Assembly: GCA_030765605.1 (NCBI GenBank)
Contig: JAVCCG010000017.1
Coordinates: forward strand, 35,582 to 99,581
Source: Candidatus Alcyoniella australis
GTDB taxonomy: Bacteria > Lernaellota > Lernaellaia > JAVCCG01 > Alcyoniellaceae
DNA length: 64,000 bases
Reading direction: 5' to 3'
This document shows positions 11,652-22,977 of this stretch, one piece after another (within the stretch, counting starts at the first letter, position 1; each line of letters opens with the position of its first letter). The notes beneath the pieces were generated by a model. It worked only from the letters and a program-made list of their open reading frames with translations. It had not been told where the DNA came from and made no database searches. A program made the translations under genes and the position numbers.

Positions 11652-11683
11652 CGGGGGACCCGCTTGGGTCCCCCGTTTTTTTT
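11652..11683 (+). terminator. Rho-independent terminator
   Basis: CGGGGGACCC-gctt-GGGTCCCCCG followed by T8. Confidence 0.8.
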
Positions 11684-11704
11684 CATCGATGAAATATTGG
11701 TTGG

Positions 11705-12337
11705 CTAACAGCCGTCACCAAGCAGCATTCCCAGGTCGCCCCGGCCCTGGCGCACGACCTCCATCGGTCCGTTGACAAAGCTGATGATCGTGCTCGGCTG
11801 GGGTTCGACCAGGCCGACGTTGAGCATCAGGTCGATGGCGTTGCCGAACGCCTGCTCGATCTCGCCGACGCTGGCGAGCAGTCCGCCGTCAGGGTCGCGG
11901 GCCGAGGTAGAGAGGATCGGCTCGCCCAAAAACGCCAGCAGCCGCTGGCAGGTCGGCTCGTCGGGCACGCGGATACCGACCTCTTTGCGCTTGGTCAGCA
12001 CCTTGCGCGGCGCGGGTTTTTTAGCCTCGAGGATGAAGGTGAACGGTCCGGGCAGCAGGCACTTGATCGCGCGGTAGGCCTCGTCGTGCAGGTTGGCGTA
12101 CTCGGCGATCATCGGCAGGTTGGGCACCAAAATCGACAGCGGACGCGAGATGCTTTTACGTTTGATCTGGTAGAGCTTGTCGATGCCCTTGGAGTTGTCG
12201 ATGCTCACCGACAGCGCGTAGGTGCTGTCCGTGGGATGGACCACGATCCCTCCGCGTCTTAGCACACCCACCGCCTCGCTCAGCGCGCGATGATCAGGGT
12301 GTTCGCGGTGGTAGGTTCGGGTCGTCACTTCGCTCAT
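11705..12337 (-). CDS. tsaC: L-threonylcarbamoyladenylate synthase (YrdC/TsaC family)
   Basis: YrdC-like motifs (GGIVVHPTDSTYAL, SISRPLSILV). The start is chosen at MSEVTT. Confidence 0.65.
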   Translation of the reverse strand: MSEVTTRTYHREHPDHRALSEAVGVLRRGGIVVHPTDSTYALSVSIDNSKGIDKLYQIKRKSISRPLSILVPNLPMIAEYANLHDEAYRAIKCLLPGPFTFILEAKKPAPRKVLTKRKEVGIRVPDEPTCQRLLAFLGEPILSTSARDPDGGLLASVGEIEQAFGNAIDLMLNVGLVEPQPSTIISFVNGPMEVVRQGRGDLGMLLGDGC

Positions 12338-12423
12338 CGAGCAGCTACCTTTAAAAGGGTGAATAAACGTTGCGATTGTACCGCCGGTTTCAAAGCTGTC
12401 AAGGGAGCCGCAGTCCGCGTCGA

Positions 12424-12452
12424 TTGACAAGCCCGGGGGCGATGGCTATTTA
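12424..12452 (+). promoter_or_regulatory. sigma70-like promoter for trxB (TTGACA-17 bp-TATTTA)
   Basis: Hexamers at 12424-12429 and 12447-12452 in the divergent tsaC/trxB intergenic region. Confidence 0.4.
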
Positions 12453-12493
12453 AAAGAGCGTTCCACAACTTTCTATTCGATCGGGAGATACGG

Positions 12494-13414
12494 ATGGACT
12501 TGTATGACAGCGTAATAATCGGTGCCGGCCCCGCCGGACTGACGGCTGCGATCTACGCCGGCCGCGGCGGAATTAACGGCGTGCTGCTCGAGCGAATGAT
12601 TCCCGGCGGCCAGATCGCGGCCACCGAGTTGGTCGAGAACTACCCCGGATTTCCAGAGGGGATAATGGGCGCGGACCTCGCGGCCAAGATGCGCGAACAG
12701 GCGCTCAAATTTGGCGTGAACATCGAGAGCATCGACGTCGAGGCCGTGCAGCGGGCCGACGACGGATTTGAGATCCACGGCTCGGGCAAGACCCTGCACG
12801 CACGTAGCGTGATTCTGGCGATGGGTACCCAGCCGCGGATGCTGGGCATCAGCGGCGAGGCCGAGTTCTTCGGCCGCGGCGTCTCGACCTGCGCCACATG
12901 CGACGGCCCGCTCTACCGCGGCAAGCAGGTGGCCGTGATCGGCGGCGGCGACTCGGCGATCCAAGAGGCGCTGTTTCTGACCAAATTCTGCTCGCGGGTG
13001 CACGTGATCCATCGCCGCGACGCCCTGCGCGCAGTGCCGGCTCTGGGCGAGCGCGCCAAAGCATCGGAGAAGATCGAGATCCACTGGGACAGCGTGCCGC
13101 TGGCCGTGCTCGGCGACAACAGCGGAGTCAGCGGACTGCGCCTGCGCAACGTCAAGACCGACGAGCAGTCCGAGCTGGAGCTGCCCGGCGTGTTCATGTT
13201 CATCGGTTTGCTGCCTAACATCGCCTGCGCCCAGCCGCTGGGGCTCAAGCTGGACGAGGGGCGCTTCATTCTTACCGACCAGCAGCTCGCCACGTCGATC
13301 CCCGGCGTATTCGCTGCGGGCGACATTCGTTCCAAGACCCAACGTCAGCTGGTGACCGCAGTGGGCGACGGTGCCCAGGCGGTGTTTAGCGTCGAGAGGT
13401 ATCTCGAACCGTGA
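12494..13414 (+). CDS. trxB: thioredoxin-disulfide reductase
   Basis: VIIGAGPAG FAD motif, CATC redox-active dithiol and a second GGGDSA NADPH motif; 306 aa. Confidence 0.85.
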   Translation: MDLYDSVIIGAGPAGLTAAIYAGRGGINGVLLERMIPGGQIAATELVENYPGFPEGIMGADLAAKMREQALKFGVNIESIDVEAVQRADDGFEIHGSGKTLHARSVILAMGTQPRMLGISGEAEFFGRGVSTCATCDGPLYRGKQVAVIGGGDSAIQEALFLTKFCSRVHVIHRRDALRAVPALGERAKASEKIEIHWDSVPLAVLGDNSGVSGLRLRNVKTDEQSELELPGVFMFIGLLPNIACAQPLGLKLDEGRFILTDQQLATSIPGVFAAGDIRSKTQRQLVTAVGDGAQAVFSVERYLEP

Positions 13415-14172
13415 GCATCGAGGTCGACCTTTCCGGACAGGTCGCGCTGGTCAGCGGCGCTGGACGCGGCATCGGCGCTGCCATCGCCCTGAGCCTGGCG
13501 CGCTGCGGCGCCGACGTGGCGCTGGGCGCGCGTAGCGCGGCGCAGCTCGAGGCCGTGGCCACGCAGATCGAGGCGCTCGGACAGCGGGCGCTGGTAGTGC
13601 AGGCCGACCTGCGCGAGCCCGAGGCCGCCGAATCCATGGTGCAGCGCACCCAGGCGGGTCTGGGCGGTCCGCAGATCCTGGTGCACGCCGCGGGCGTCGA
13701 ACGCCACAAGGCCACGCTCGAGACCTCGGACGAGGACTACGCCGCGGTGCTCGACACCAACCTGGGGTCGTGCTTCCGGCTTTGCCGCGCCGCGGGTCGG
13801 ACGATGATCGAGGACAGCGGCGGCAGCATCCTGCTGATCGCCTCGGTGGGCGCGTTCGTGGCCATGCCGCGCAACGCCCCGTACCACGCGAGCAAGGCCG
13901 GGATGGTGATGCTCGCTAAGTCCCTGGCCGTGGAGTGGGCGCGCCACGGAATCAGGGTCAACGCCCTGTGCCCAGGCTACGTGCAGACCGCGATGCTCGA
14001 CTCGCTGCTGGGCGACGAGCAGCGCAAGGAGCGCTTTCGCAAGATGATTCCCCTGCGACGCTTTGCCGATCCCGATGAGATCGGCCGACTGGCGGCCGTG
14101 CTCGTCTCTCCGCTGAGCTCGTACATAACCGGCACCGCGATCGTGGCCGACGGTGGAATCAGCGCAAGCTAG
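13411..14172 (+). CDS. SDR family oxidoreductase
   Basis: VSGAGRGIG cofactor motif and YHASKAG catalytic motif. Translationally coupled to trxB (GTGA overlap). Confidence 0.75.
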   Translation: MSIEVDLSGQVALVSGAGRGIGAAIALSLARCGADVALGARSAAQLEAVATQIEALGQRALVVQADLREPEAAESMVQRTQAGLGGPQILVHAAGVERHKATLETSDEDYAAVLDTNLGSCFRLCRAAGRTMIEDSGGSILLIASVGAFVAMPRNAPYHASKAGMVMLAKSLAVEWARHGIRVNALCPGYVQTAMLDSLLGDEQRKERFRKMIPLRRFADPDEIGRLAAVLVSPLSSYITGTAIVADGGISAS

Positions 14173-14293
14173 CCCGGCTTTGAGCCGGCACAAATCTCGC
14201 GTATTACGCTGGTCGTTGACCAACGATCCACTCCGCGACGCGGAAAATATCGTGGAGCAACGTGCTTAGTCCGCTCGCGTGTTTTACCGCACT

Positions 14294-14833
14294 TCAATGG
14301 TGCTGGTTCGCCCAGATGCCGATTTCCCTATCGCGGGCCTGCTGCTCGACCTCGAGATAGTGCTGCTTGAGCTGCTGGTCGTAGTCAAAGTGACGGATGA
14401 CCTCGGCCAGTCCCTGCTCGATCATCAGTTCGGAAAAGTCACTGCCGTCGGGCAGCTCCACATGGGCCAGCAGTCGGCCGTATTTATCGCGGTGGCTGCG
14501 CTGCTCGTTGGCCCGATCCAGACGCAGCAGCACGCGCCTGCTTGAAAGCAGAGTGCGGGCCTGCTGCTTGGCCTTCTGGGCATAGGGCTGGTCCGGACTC
14601 CCGGCGCGGGCCAATTCCGGAGTGTCGATTCCGATTACGCGTACGCGCTCGATCCGTCCGTGTTCGTCAATGCGAGCGTTGAATGTATCGCCGTCTATCA
14701 CGGTTACGACCTTAGCGCTAAGCTCGTTTTTCCCTGCTGCGGCGTTGTCCTGTGCAGCGCGATGCAGGCCGACGCTGACCAGCACGGCGGCAATTATCAG
14801 CAGCGGTAGAATCCAGCGGATTTGTTTTCTCAT
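14294..14833 (-). CDS. thermonuclease (SNase-like) family protein, secreted
   Basis: VIDGDTF...IDTPE...YGRLLA motifs and an N-terminal TM/signal segment. Confidence 0.65.
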   Translation of the reverse strand: MRKQIRWILPLLIIAAVLVSVGLHRAAQDNAAAGKNELSAKVVTVIDGDTFNARIDEHGRIERVRVIGIDTPELARAGSPDQPYAQKAKQQARTLLSSRRVLLRLDRANEQRSHRDKYGRLLAHVELPDGSDFSELMIEQGLAEVIRHFDYDQQLKQHYLEVEQQARDREIGIWANQHH

Positions 14834-15072
14834 CGAAATACTCCCACGGTCGATCAACTAAAAAAGTATATCGCGGATCAGGTGCGAGACTTAGTTGTCT
14901 GGACAGGCATGCTTTGTCTAGCCTTCATCAAGAATGCGGACGAAGACACTGTTGGTGAAGAATTCGGGATAGCCTGCGGCACGACTTTGCAGTAAGATTT
15001 GACCTCAGGTTGCGCGCGAAAACCGTGCGGAGTAACCTTTGAGTCCCGCAGCCACTCAGGCGTTGAGCAACA

Positions 15073-16226
15073 ATGTCTATCAGAGCCACCAAGCAGATTG
15101 AAAACAGCCCGTTACCCGGGGGACCGGCGTTCATTCAGGGTAACGAGGCCATCGCAGATGCCGCGGTAATCGCCGGTTGCCGCTTTTTCGCCGGCTACCC
15201 GATCACTCCATCGAGCGAGATCATGCGCCGCATGATCGAGCGCTTCCACACTCTGGACGGCCGCTTCGTGCAGATGGAGGACGAGTTGGGCTCGATCGCC
15301 GCGGTGATCGGCGCGGCCTGGACCGGCGCCAAGGCGATGACCGCCACCTCGGGCCCCGGCCTGAGCCTGATGATCGAGAACCTGGGTTACGCCACGATGA
15401 CCGAAACCCCGCTGCTGCTGGTCAACGTCCAGCGCGTGGGGCCGTCCACAGGCCAGGCCACACGTCCGGCGCAGGGTGATGTGATGCAGGCGCGCTGGGG
15501 TGGGCACGGCGGTTTCCCCTGCATCGCGCTGGCTCCCTCATCGGTGCAGGAACTGATCGACTTCACCATCCGCGCCTTCAACCTGGCCGAGGCGTTTCGC
15601 ACGCCGGTGCTGCTGATGGCCGACGAGATCGTCGGGCATCTGCGCGAGAACTGCGTGTTCCCCGAACAGGTCGAGATCTGGCAGCGCTATTACGCGCCGG
15701 GCGAGCCGCCGTTCGACACCGACCACCCGAGCCTGGTGCCATCGATGCCCAAGTTCGGCGATGGCGAGGATCTGCTGATTACCGGCTCGACCCACGATGC
15801 CCGCGGCCTGCGCATGGCATCCAGCGCCGAGGTCCAAGCGCGCGTAAGCTGGCGGCTGCACGAGAAGTTCGAACGCGGTCGCGACGAGATCGTACGCACA
15901 CAGCACTTCGGCGAAGCGCAGCCCAAGCTGCTGCTGGTCTCGTACGGCGGCTCGGCGCGCGCTGCAAGGCAGGCGCTGACCCGGCTGCTCGACCAGGGAC
16001 GCGACGCGGGCCTGCTCAAACTCGACACGCTCTGGCCGTTTCCCGAGCAGCAGCTGCAAGCCGCGGCGGCCAAGGCCGATCAGGTACTGGTGGTTGAGGC
16101 CAACTGCGGACAGATCGTACTCGAGGTCGAGCGGCTGCTGCGCAACGGCCCGCGTGTGACCGCGCACCTGCGGCACGATGGCGAGGCGATAACTCCCAGC
16201 GAGGTGCTCGCCGCGGCGGAGGCGCT

Positions 16227-16230
<4 letters not shown>
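15073..16230 (+). CDS. korA: 2-oxoacid:ferredoxin oxidoreductase subunit alpha
   Basis: FIQGNEAIADAAVIAGCRFFAGYPITPSSEI N-terminal signature of POR/KOR alpha; 385 aa. Confidence 0.8.
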
Positions 16231-18415
<2,185 letters not shown>

Positions 18416-18542
18416 CGAGCCCAAACATTTCAGGCTGATCCGCGGGGCCGGGCGTTCGTCCGGCCCTGTTTGTATTCGGCCACAGGCTGCGCAGCCGCGC
18501 TGGTGTATAATCGGGGCGCATGACGAACCGCGAGAGGTTGGA

Positions 18543-19550
18543 TTGATGCGTCTACGATGCCTGCTGTTGCTGCTGCTCGTACCGGCTCTGGTACTCCTCG
18601 CGTCTTTTGCCTGCGAAGACGGCGGAGGCGACGATGAGGACGACAGCGACGATGACGATGATTCCGGCGACGACGACTCGGGCGGCGACGGTGAGCCGCC
18701 GACGATGCGTACGGTGACCGAGCTTGGAAATACCGACGACCAGACCGGCCCCTATCCGGTGGAAGCGCGGATCACGGACAACGTCAGAGTCGCGGGCGTG
18801 CGGCTTTATTACGATCTGGGCCAGGGCTTCCAGGATTTCTGGATGACCAAATTCGGCGCCGACGGCTATCGCGGACAGATCCCGGGCCAGGAAGCGGGGT
18901 CCACGATCCGCTACTTTGTCAAAGCCTGGGACGATGCGCTCAACGAATCGTACTGGCCCGCTGGCGGCCAGGACGCGCCCCAGGTGTTCCACGTGCGCGG
19001 CACCGTGGCCTTGGCTTATGATGACGACCTGCTGCCCGATTCGTATTACGGCGTGCAGCGCGCCGGCGACTGCCTGGTGGTGCGTTTCACCCCGCCGAGC
19101 TACCCGGCGCAGTTCCTGACCTTCAGCCATTACATCTGGGATTACCAGATGCCTCCCGATGATCGCTACCGGCCCATCGTGCTGTTCGACCCCAGCGCCT
19201 CGGGCATTCCGCCGATGCCCAACGTGCCCAACGTGCCCAACGACGGTATTTGGCGCGGCGAGATTGTGGAAGAGGGCACCATTGAGCGCCGTACTTGGTA
19301 CAACTTCGAGTTCGACGGCGAGCCCGAGCTGGAGCAGGCGCTGGAGTCGGGCGACGCCTACATCGGCGTGGAGTTCGTCGAGGTGGCGAACGACGAAGAG
19401 GATATCCTCACCTTCGGTCTGGACACCACCGATCCGACCCATGCACGCACCTGGTACTTCGACCAGAGTCGGCTGACCTGGATCAACATCGACGAACATC
19501 TGCACGTCAAGGGCAACCTGATGTTCCGCAGCAGCGTCCAGTTGCAATAG
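18543..19550 (+). CDS. lipoprotein with poly-acidic (Asp-rich) linker, function unknown
   Basis: Signal peptide ending LLASFAC, then CEDGGGDDEDDSDDDDDSGDDDSGGDGEPP. Confidence 0.55.
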   Translation: MMRLRCLLLLLLVPALVLLASFACEDGGGDDEDDSDDDDDSGDDDSGGDGEPPTMRTVTELGNTDDQTGPYPVEARITDNVRVAGVRLYYDLGQGFQDFWMTKFGADGYRGQIPGQEAGSTIRYFVKAWDDALNESYWPAGGQDAPQVFHVRGTVALAYDDDLLPDSYYGVQRAGDCLVVRFTPPSYPAQFLTFSHYIWDYQMPPDDRYRPIVLFDPSASGIPPMPNVPNVPNDGIWRGEIVEEGTIERRTWYNFEFDGEPELEQALESGDAYIGVEFVEVANDEEDILTFGLDTTDPTHARTWYFDQSRLTWINIDEHLHVKGNLMFRSSVQLQ

Positions 19551-19567
19551 CCGAGGCTGGCCGCCTG

Positions 19568-21259
19568 ATGTGTAAACCCACTGCCGTGGACCCAGTTCTT
19601 CGGCTGCCGCTGATCGTTCTTCTGCTGTTGTGCCTGTTTATTGCGGCTTGCGGCGACCGGCAACAACCTCCAGCTCAACGCAGTCACGAGGCGCCCGATG
19701 TGAGCTTCGGTGCAAACCGCGCAGCCGCGGTCTCGGCCACGGACTGGCCGCGGGCGTTGGTCGCGCCCGAGGTGCGTGAGCTGCCGCAATTGCGTCCCGG
19801 CCAGGCGATTGCGGGCAAGCCCGGCGGTCCATTGGTGGTGCTGGGGATCGACGGCGCGGACTGGCAGGTGCTTGGGCCGCTACTGGCGCGCGGCGAGCTG
19901 CCCAATCTGGCGCGTATTTTGGCCTGCGGAGCGTACGGGTTTTTGGAAACCGACGTGGGCTACTCGCCGATCTCCTGGTCGACCATCGCCTGCGGCGCAT
20001 CGCGTGACCGCCACGGCGTGGGCTATCAGACGGCCCTGGACCCGCAGCTCAGCTCGCGGCTCAAGGTGCCGCCGCTGTGGGAGATCGCCCTGGACCGCGG
20101 GCGCTCGGTGGGCGTGGTGCAGGCCTACTTCGGCATGGGATTGCCCGACAAGCGCGGCAGCTATTGGGGCATGCTCAAGTGGCCGCAGAACGAGATCGAG
20201 CTTTACAACGCACAGCTCCCCGAGGGCCTGTCAGCCGCGATGCCCCAAGGATTCGCCGAACTCAACCGCAGCGACGTCAAGGCCTATTTGGCCACCGAGC
20301 GGCTGCCCGATTTGTTCTTCACGATCATCGACAGTCTCGACGTAGCCTGCCATTACAACCTGCACGGGTTCGTTGCCGCGCGTCCCGGGGCCGCGCCGTC
20401 CGAGCCATCCGCCGCAATGCTGCGGGCGATGGCGCAGCGCATAGAACAGACCGCCGTCGGTATCGATGCCGTGCTGGGCTACGTCTGGGATCGTCTGCCA
20501 GAGCAGGCGACCCTGGTGCTGGTCAGCGACCACGGACAGGGGATTCTCGACCTGCGCTACGAGCTGCGGCCGGGATGGGCCATGTTGCAGGCCCTGGGTT
20601 GCGAATCCATCGAGCCCGGTCAACAGGCCTGCCGCATCGAGGCCGGGACGCTCGATGTGCGGTATGAGCGCAAAACCTTGCGGCGTCCCTGGATCGAGCT
20701 GCGCGGTGTCGAGCTGCCGCTGGAAGTCGAGTACGGCTCGATCGAGATCAGGCCCGGCAACGTCGATGCGGCGCAGTACGCAGCTTGGGCCGACGCCTTG
20801 GAGCAGAGTCTGCCGCGCCAGGGGCCCGAGGCGTTGTACTCAAAAGTGCAGCGTGATGGTGAGCGGATCGTACTGCAGCCGCTCGATCCGTGGCGCGCGG
20901 TGCTCGAGGCAAAGCCCCATGAGCAGATGGCGCAGTGGGAGCGCTACCCGCGTTTTCTTGCCAATCACGGCGAGGCAAACCCGGGGATAGTGGTTTTTGC
21001 CGGGCCGGGGATCATGCCCGGCCGCACGATCGAGGGTGCACGCCTCGAGGATGTCGCGCCCACCGCGCTCTATGCCATGGGCCTGGCTCCGGCCGACACC
21101 ATGACCGGCCGCGTGCTCAGCCAGGCGTTCAGCGAGCAGCGGCTGGCCGCTTACCCGCCCAAACCGCCGCGCAGCTATGCGCGCGTGGAGTGCCAGGCGC
21201 CGCCGGGCGCGGACGCGCAGACCCTGGAGCGCCTCAGGTCGCTGGGCTACCTGCACTAG
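19568..21259 (+). CDS. alkaline phosphatase-superfamily lipoprotein (type I phosphodiesterase/nucleotide pyrophosphatase-like)
   Basis: Lipobox LFIAAC and VVLGIDGADW metal-site motif. The start is chosen at ATG 19568 (in frame with the longer ORF 19295). Confidence 0.55.
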   Translation: MCKPTAVDPVLRLPLIVLLLLCLFIAACGDRQQPPAQRSHEAPDVSFGANRAAAVSATDWPRALVAPEVRELPQLRPGQAIAGKPGGPLVVLGIDGADWQVLGPLLARGELPNLARILACGAYGFLETDVGYSPISWSTIACGASRDRHGVGYQTALDPQLSSRLKVPPLWEIALDRGRSVGVVQAYFGMGLPDKRGSYWGMLKWPQNEIELYNAQLPEGLSAAMPQGFAELNRSDVKAYLATERLPDLFFTIIDSLDVACHYNLHGFVAARPGAAPSEPSAAMLRAMAQRIEQTAVGIDAVLGYVWDRLPEQATLVLVSDHGQGILDLRYELRPGWAMLQALGCESIEPGQQACRIEAGTLDVRYERKTLRRPWIELRGVELPLEVEYGSIEIRPGNVDAAQYAAWADALEQSLPRQGPEALYSKVQRDGERIVLQPLDPWRAVLEAKPHEQMAQWERYPRFLANHGEANPGIVVFAGPGIMPGRTIEGARLEDVAPTALYAMGLAPADTMTGRVLSQAFSEQRLAAYPPKPPRSYARVECQAPPGADAQTLERLRSLGYLH

Positions 21260-21274
21260 GCGGCTTGGCGCCGC

Positions 21275-21416
21275 GGCCAAACACGCGCAGTACGCTGGTC
21301 CTATTACAATGGGCCTCCCCGCGACGAAAGATTTTGGGGGTAGGCAAAGGTCGATAAATCGATCTTTGTGTGTAGGCTCGCCTGGGGGCACCTTTGAGGT
21401 GCCCGCAAAACTCGCG
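21275..21416 (+). repeat. palindrome-containing intergenic repeat element, copy A
   Basis: About 140 bp. Contains the TCGATaaATCGA palindrome and the GGGCACC-tttga-GGTGCCC hairpin. Near-identical to copy B, which lies 197 bp downstream. Confidence 0.8.
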
Positions 21417-21471
21417 AGCGGACCAGGGTCGTAGTGCAACGACCTTCTCCGCGACGGCAGCTTTGAGGTGC

Positions 21472-21613
21472 GGCCAAACACGCGCAGTACGCTGGTCCTA
21501 TTACAATGGGCCTCCCCGCGACGAAAGATTTTGGGGGTAGGCAAAGGTCGACAAATCGATCTTTGTGTGTAGGCTCGCCGGGGGGCACCTTGTGAGGTGC
21601 CCGCAAAACTTGC
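21472..21613 (+). repeat. palindrome-containing intergenic repeat element, copy B (tandem with A)
   Basis: Direct repeat of copy A with a few substitutions. It is flanked by CCCCGCGACG (5') and CGTCGCGG(G) (3') inverted motifs. Confidence 0.8.
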
Positions 21614-21792
21614 GCAGCACGACCCAACGCTCCGCCCCGCGTCGCGGCATGGGTCGACGCTAGACGACCAGGGAAATCTGCGAGCCATGCCCCGGCTCGA
21701 AGCCGCCCCCGCGAGCGTTTGCTCAAATATTGTAATTACAATATTTATCCCCCTTGTTCCTCGGCATATCAGGATAAAGCTGCGGATCAGCG

Positions 21793-21822
21793 TTGACAGC
21801 GCCGGGCATGCTGATTACAATC
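21793..21822 (+). promoter_or_regulatory. sigma70-like promoter (TTGACA-18 bp-TACAAT)
   Basis: Near-consensus hexamers upstream of the Lys-rich Rho_N-like gene. Confidence 0.5.
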
Positions 21823-21871
21823 TGCGCCCGGTCCTAGGGGCCGGTAAAGCTCTGAACCCACGGAGGCGCTT

Positions 21872-22180
21872 GTGCAAAAAGATCAGCTGCTCAAATTGAC
21901 CGTTCCCAAACTGCGCGAAGAGGCGCTGAAAGTCGAGACCATCTCCGGTGTCACCGGGATGAGCAAGACCGAGCTGATCCACGAGCTCGCCGCGCACTTC
22001 GGCATCGTGATTGATGTCGAAAAAAAGAAACGCGTCGACACCTCGGTGTTGAAGAAGCAGCAGAAGGCGCTACGCGAGGAGAAGGAAAAGATCCGCCCCG
22101 AGGCCGACCGCAAGCAGCTCAACATTTTGCGCAAGAAGATCAAGAAGACCAAACGCCAGACCCGCAAGGCCGTGATCTAG
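21872..22180 (+). CDS. Rho-N/SAP-like domain protein with Lys-rich tail (candidate nucleoid-associated protein)
   Basis: GTG start with GGAGG SD. N-terminal LKLTVPKLREEALKVETISGVTGMSKTELIHEL resembles the Rho N-terminal helix-hairpin. The C-terminal 55 aa are about 40% Lys/Arg. Confidence 0.45.
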   Translation: MQKDQLLKLTVPKLREEALKVETISGVTGMSKTELIHELAAHFGIVIDVEKKKRVDTSVLKKQQKALREEKEKIRPEADRKQLNILRKKIKKTKRQTRKAVI

Positions 22181-22208
22181 CCCGGACTTATTCATGCTGT
22201 AAAATAAA

Positions 22209-22237
22209 AGCCCCCGCCGATCGGCGGGGGCTTTTTT
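22209..22237. terminator. bidirectional rho-independent terminator between the Rho_N-like gene and tal
   Basis: Perfect palindrome GCCCCCGCCGA/TCGGCGGGGGC, flanked by an A-run upstream and a T-run downstream. Confidence 0.8.
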
Positions 22238-22258
22238 ATTGCGGTCTCGGATGATCGA

Positions 22259-22909
<651 letters not shown>

Positions 22910-22977
22910 TCCTTATCGAGCCTGGAAACATTTGTATTGTGCACACATTGTAGCCGCGTCGCGGCTGGGGACAAGGT

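Noticed and set aside
14862-15072. Divergent intergenic region between the nuclease gene and korA, scanned for riboswitch/operator signals
   Set aside because: I found no convincing conserved element or promoter hexamers, so it is left unannotated.
21177-21726. Short ORFs predicted inside the tandem repeat elements (for example 21304..21726 and 21177..21434, sharing VPPGEPTHKDRF...AYCACLAA with 20840..21688)
   Set aside because: The repeated peptide reflects the DNA repeat, not a gene family. They have no start context and overlap the palindromic elements.
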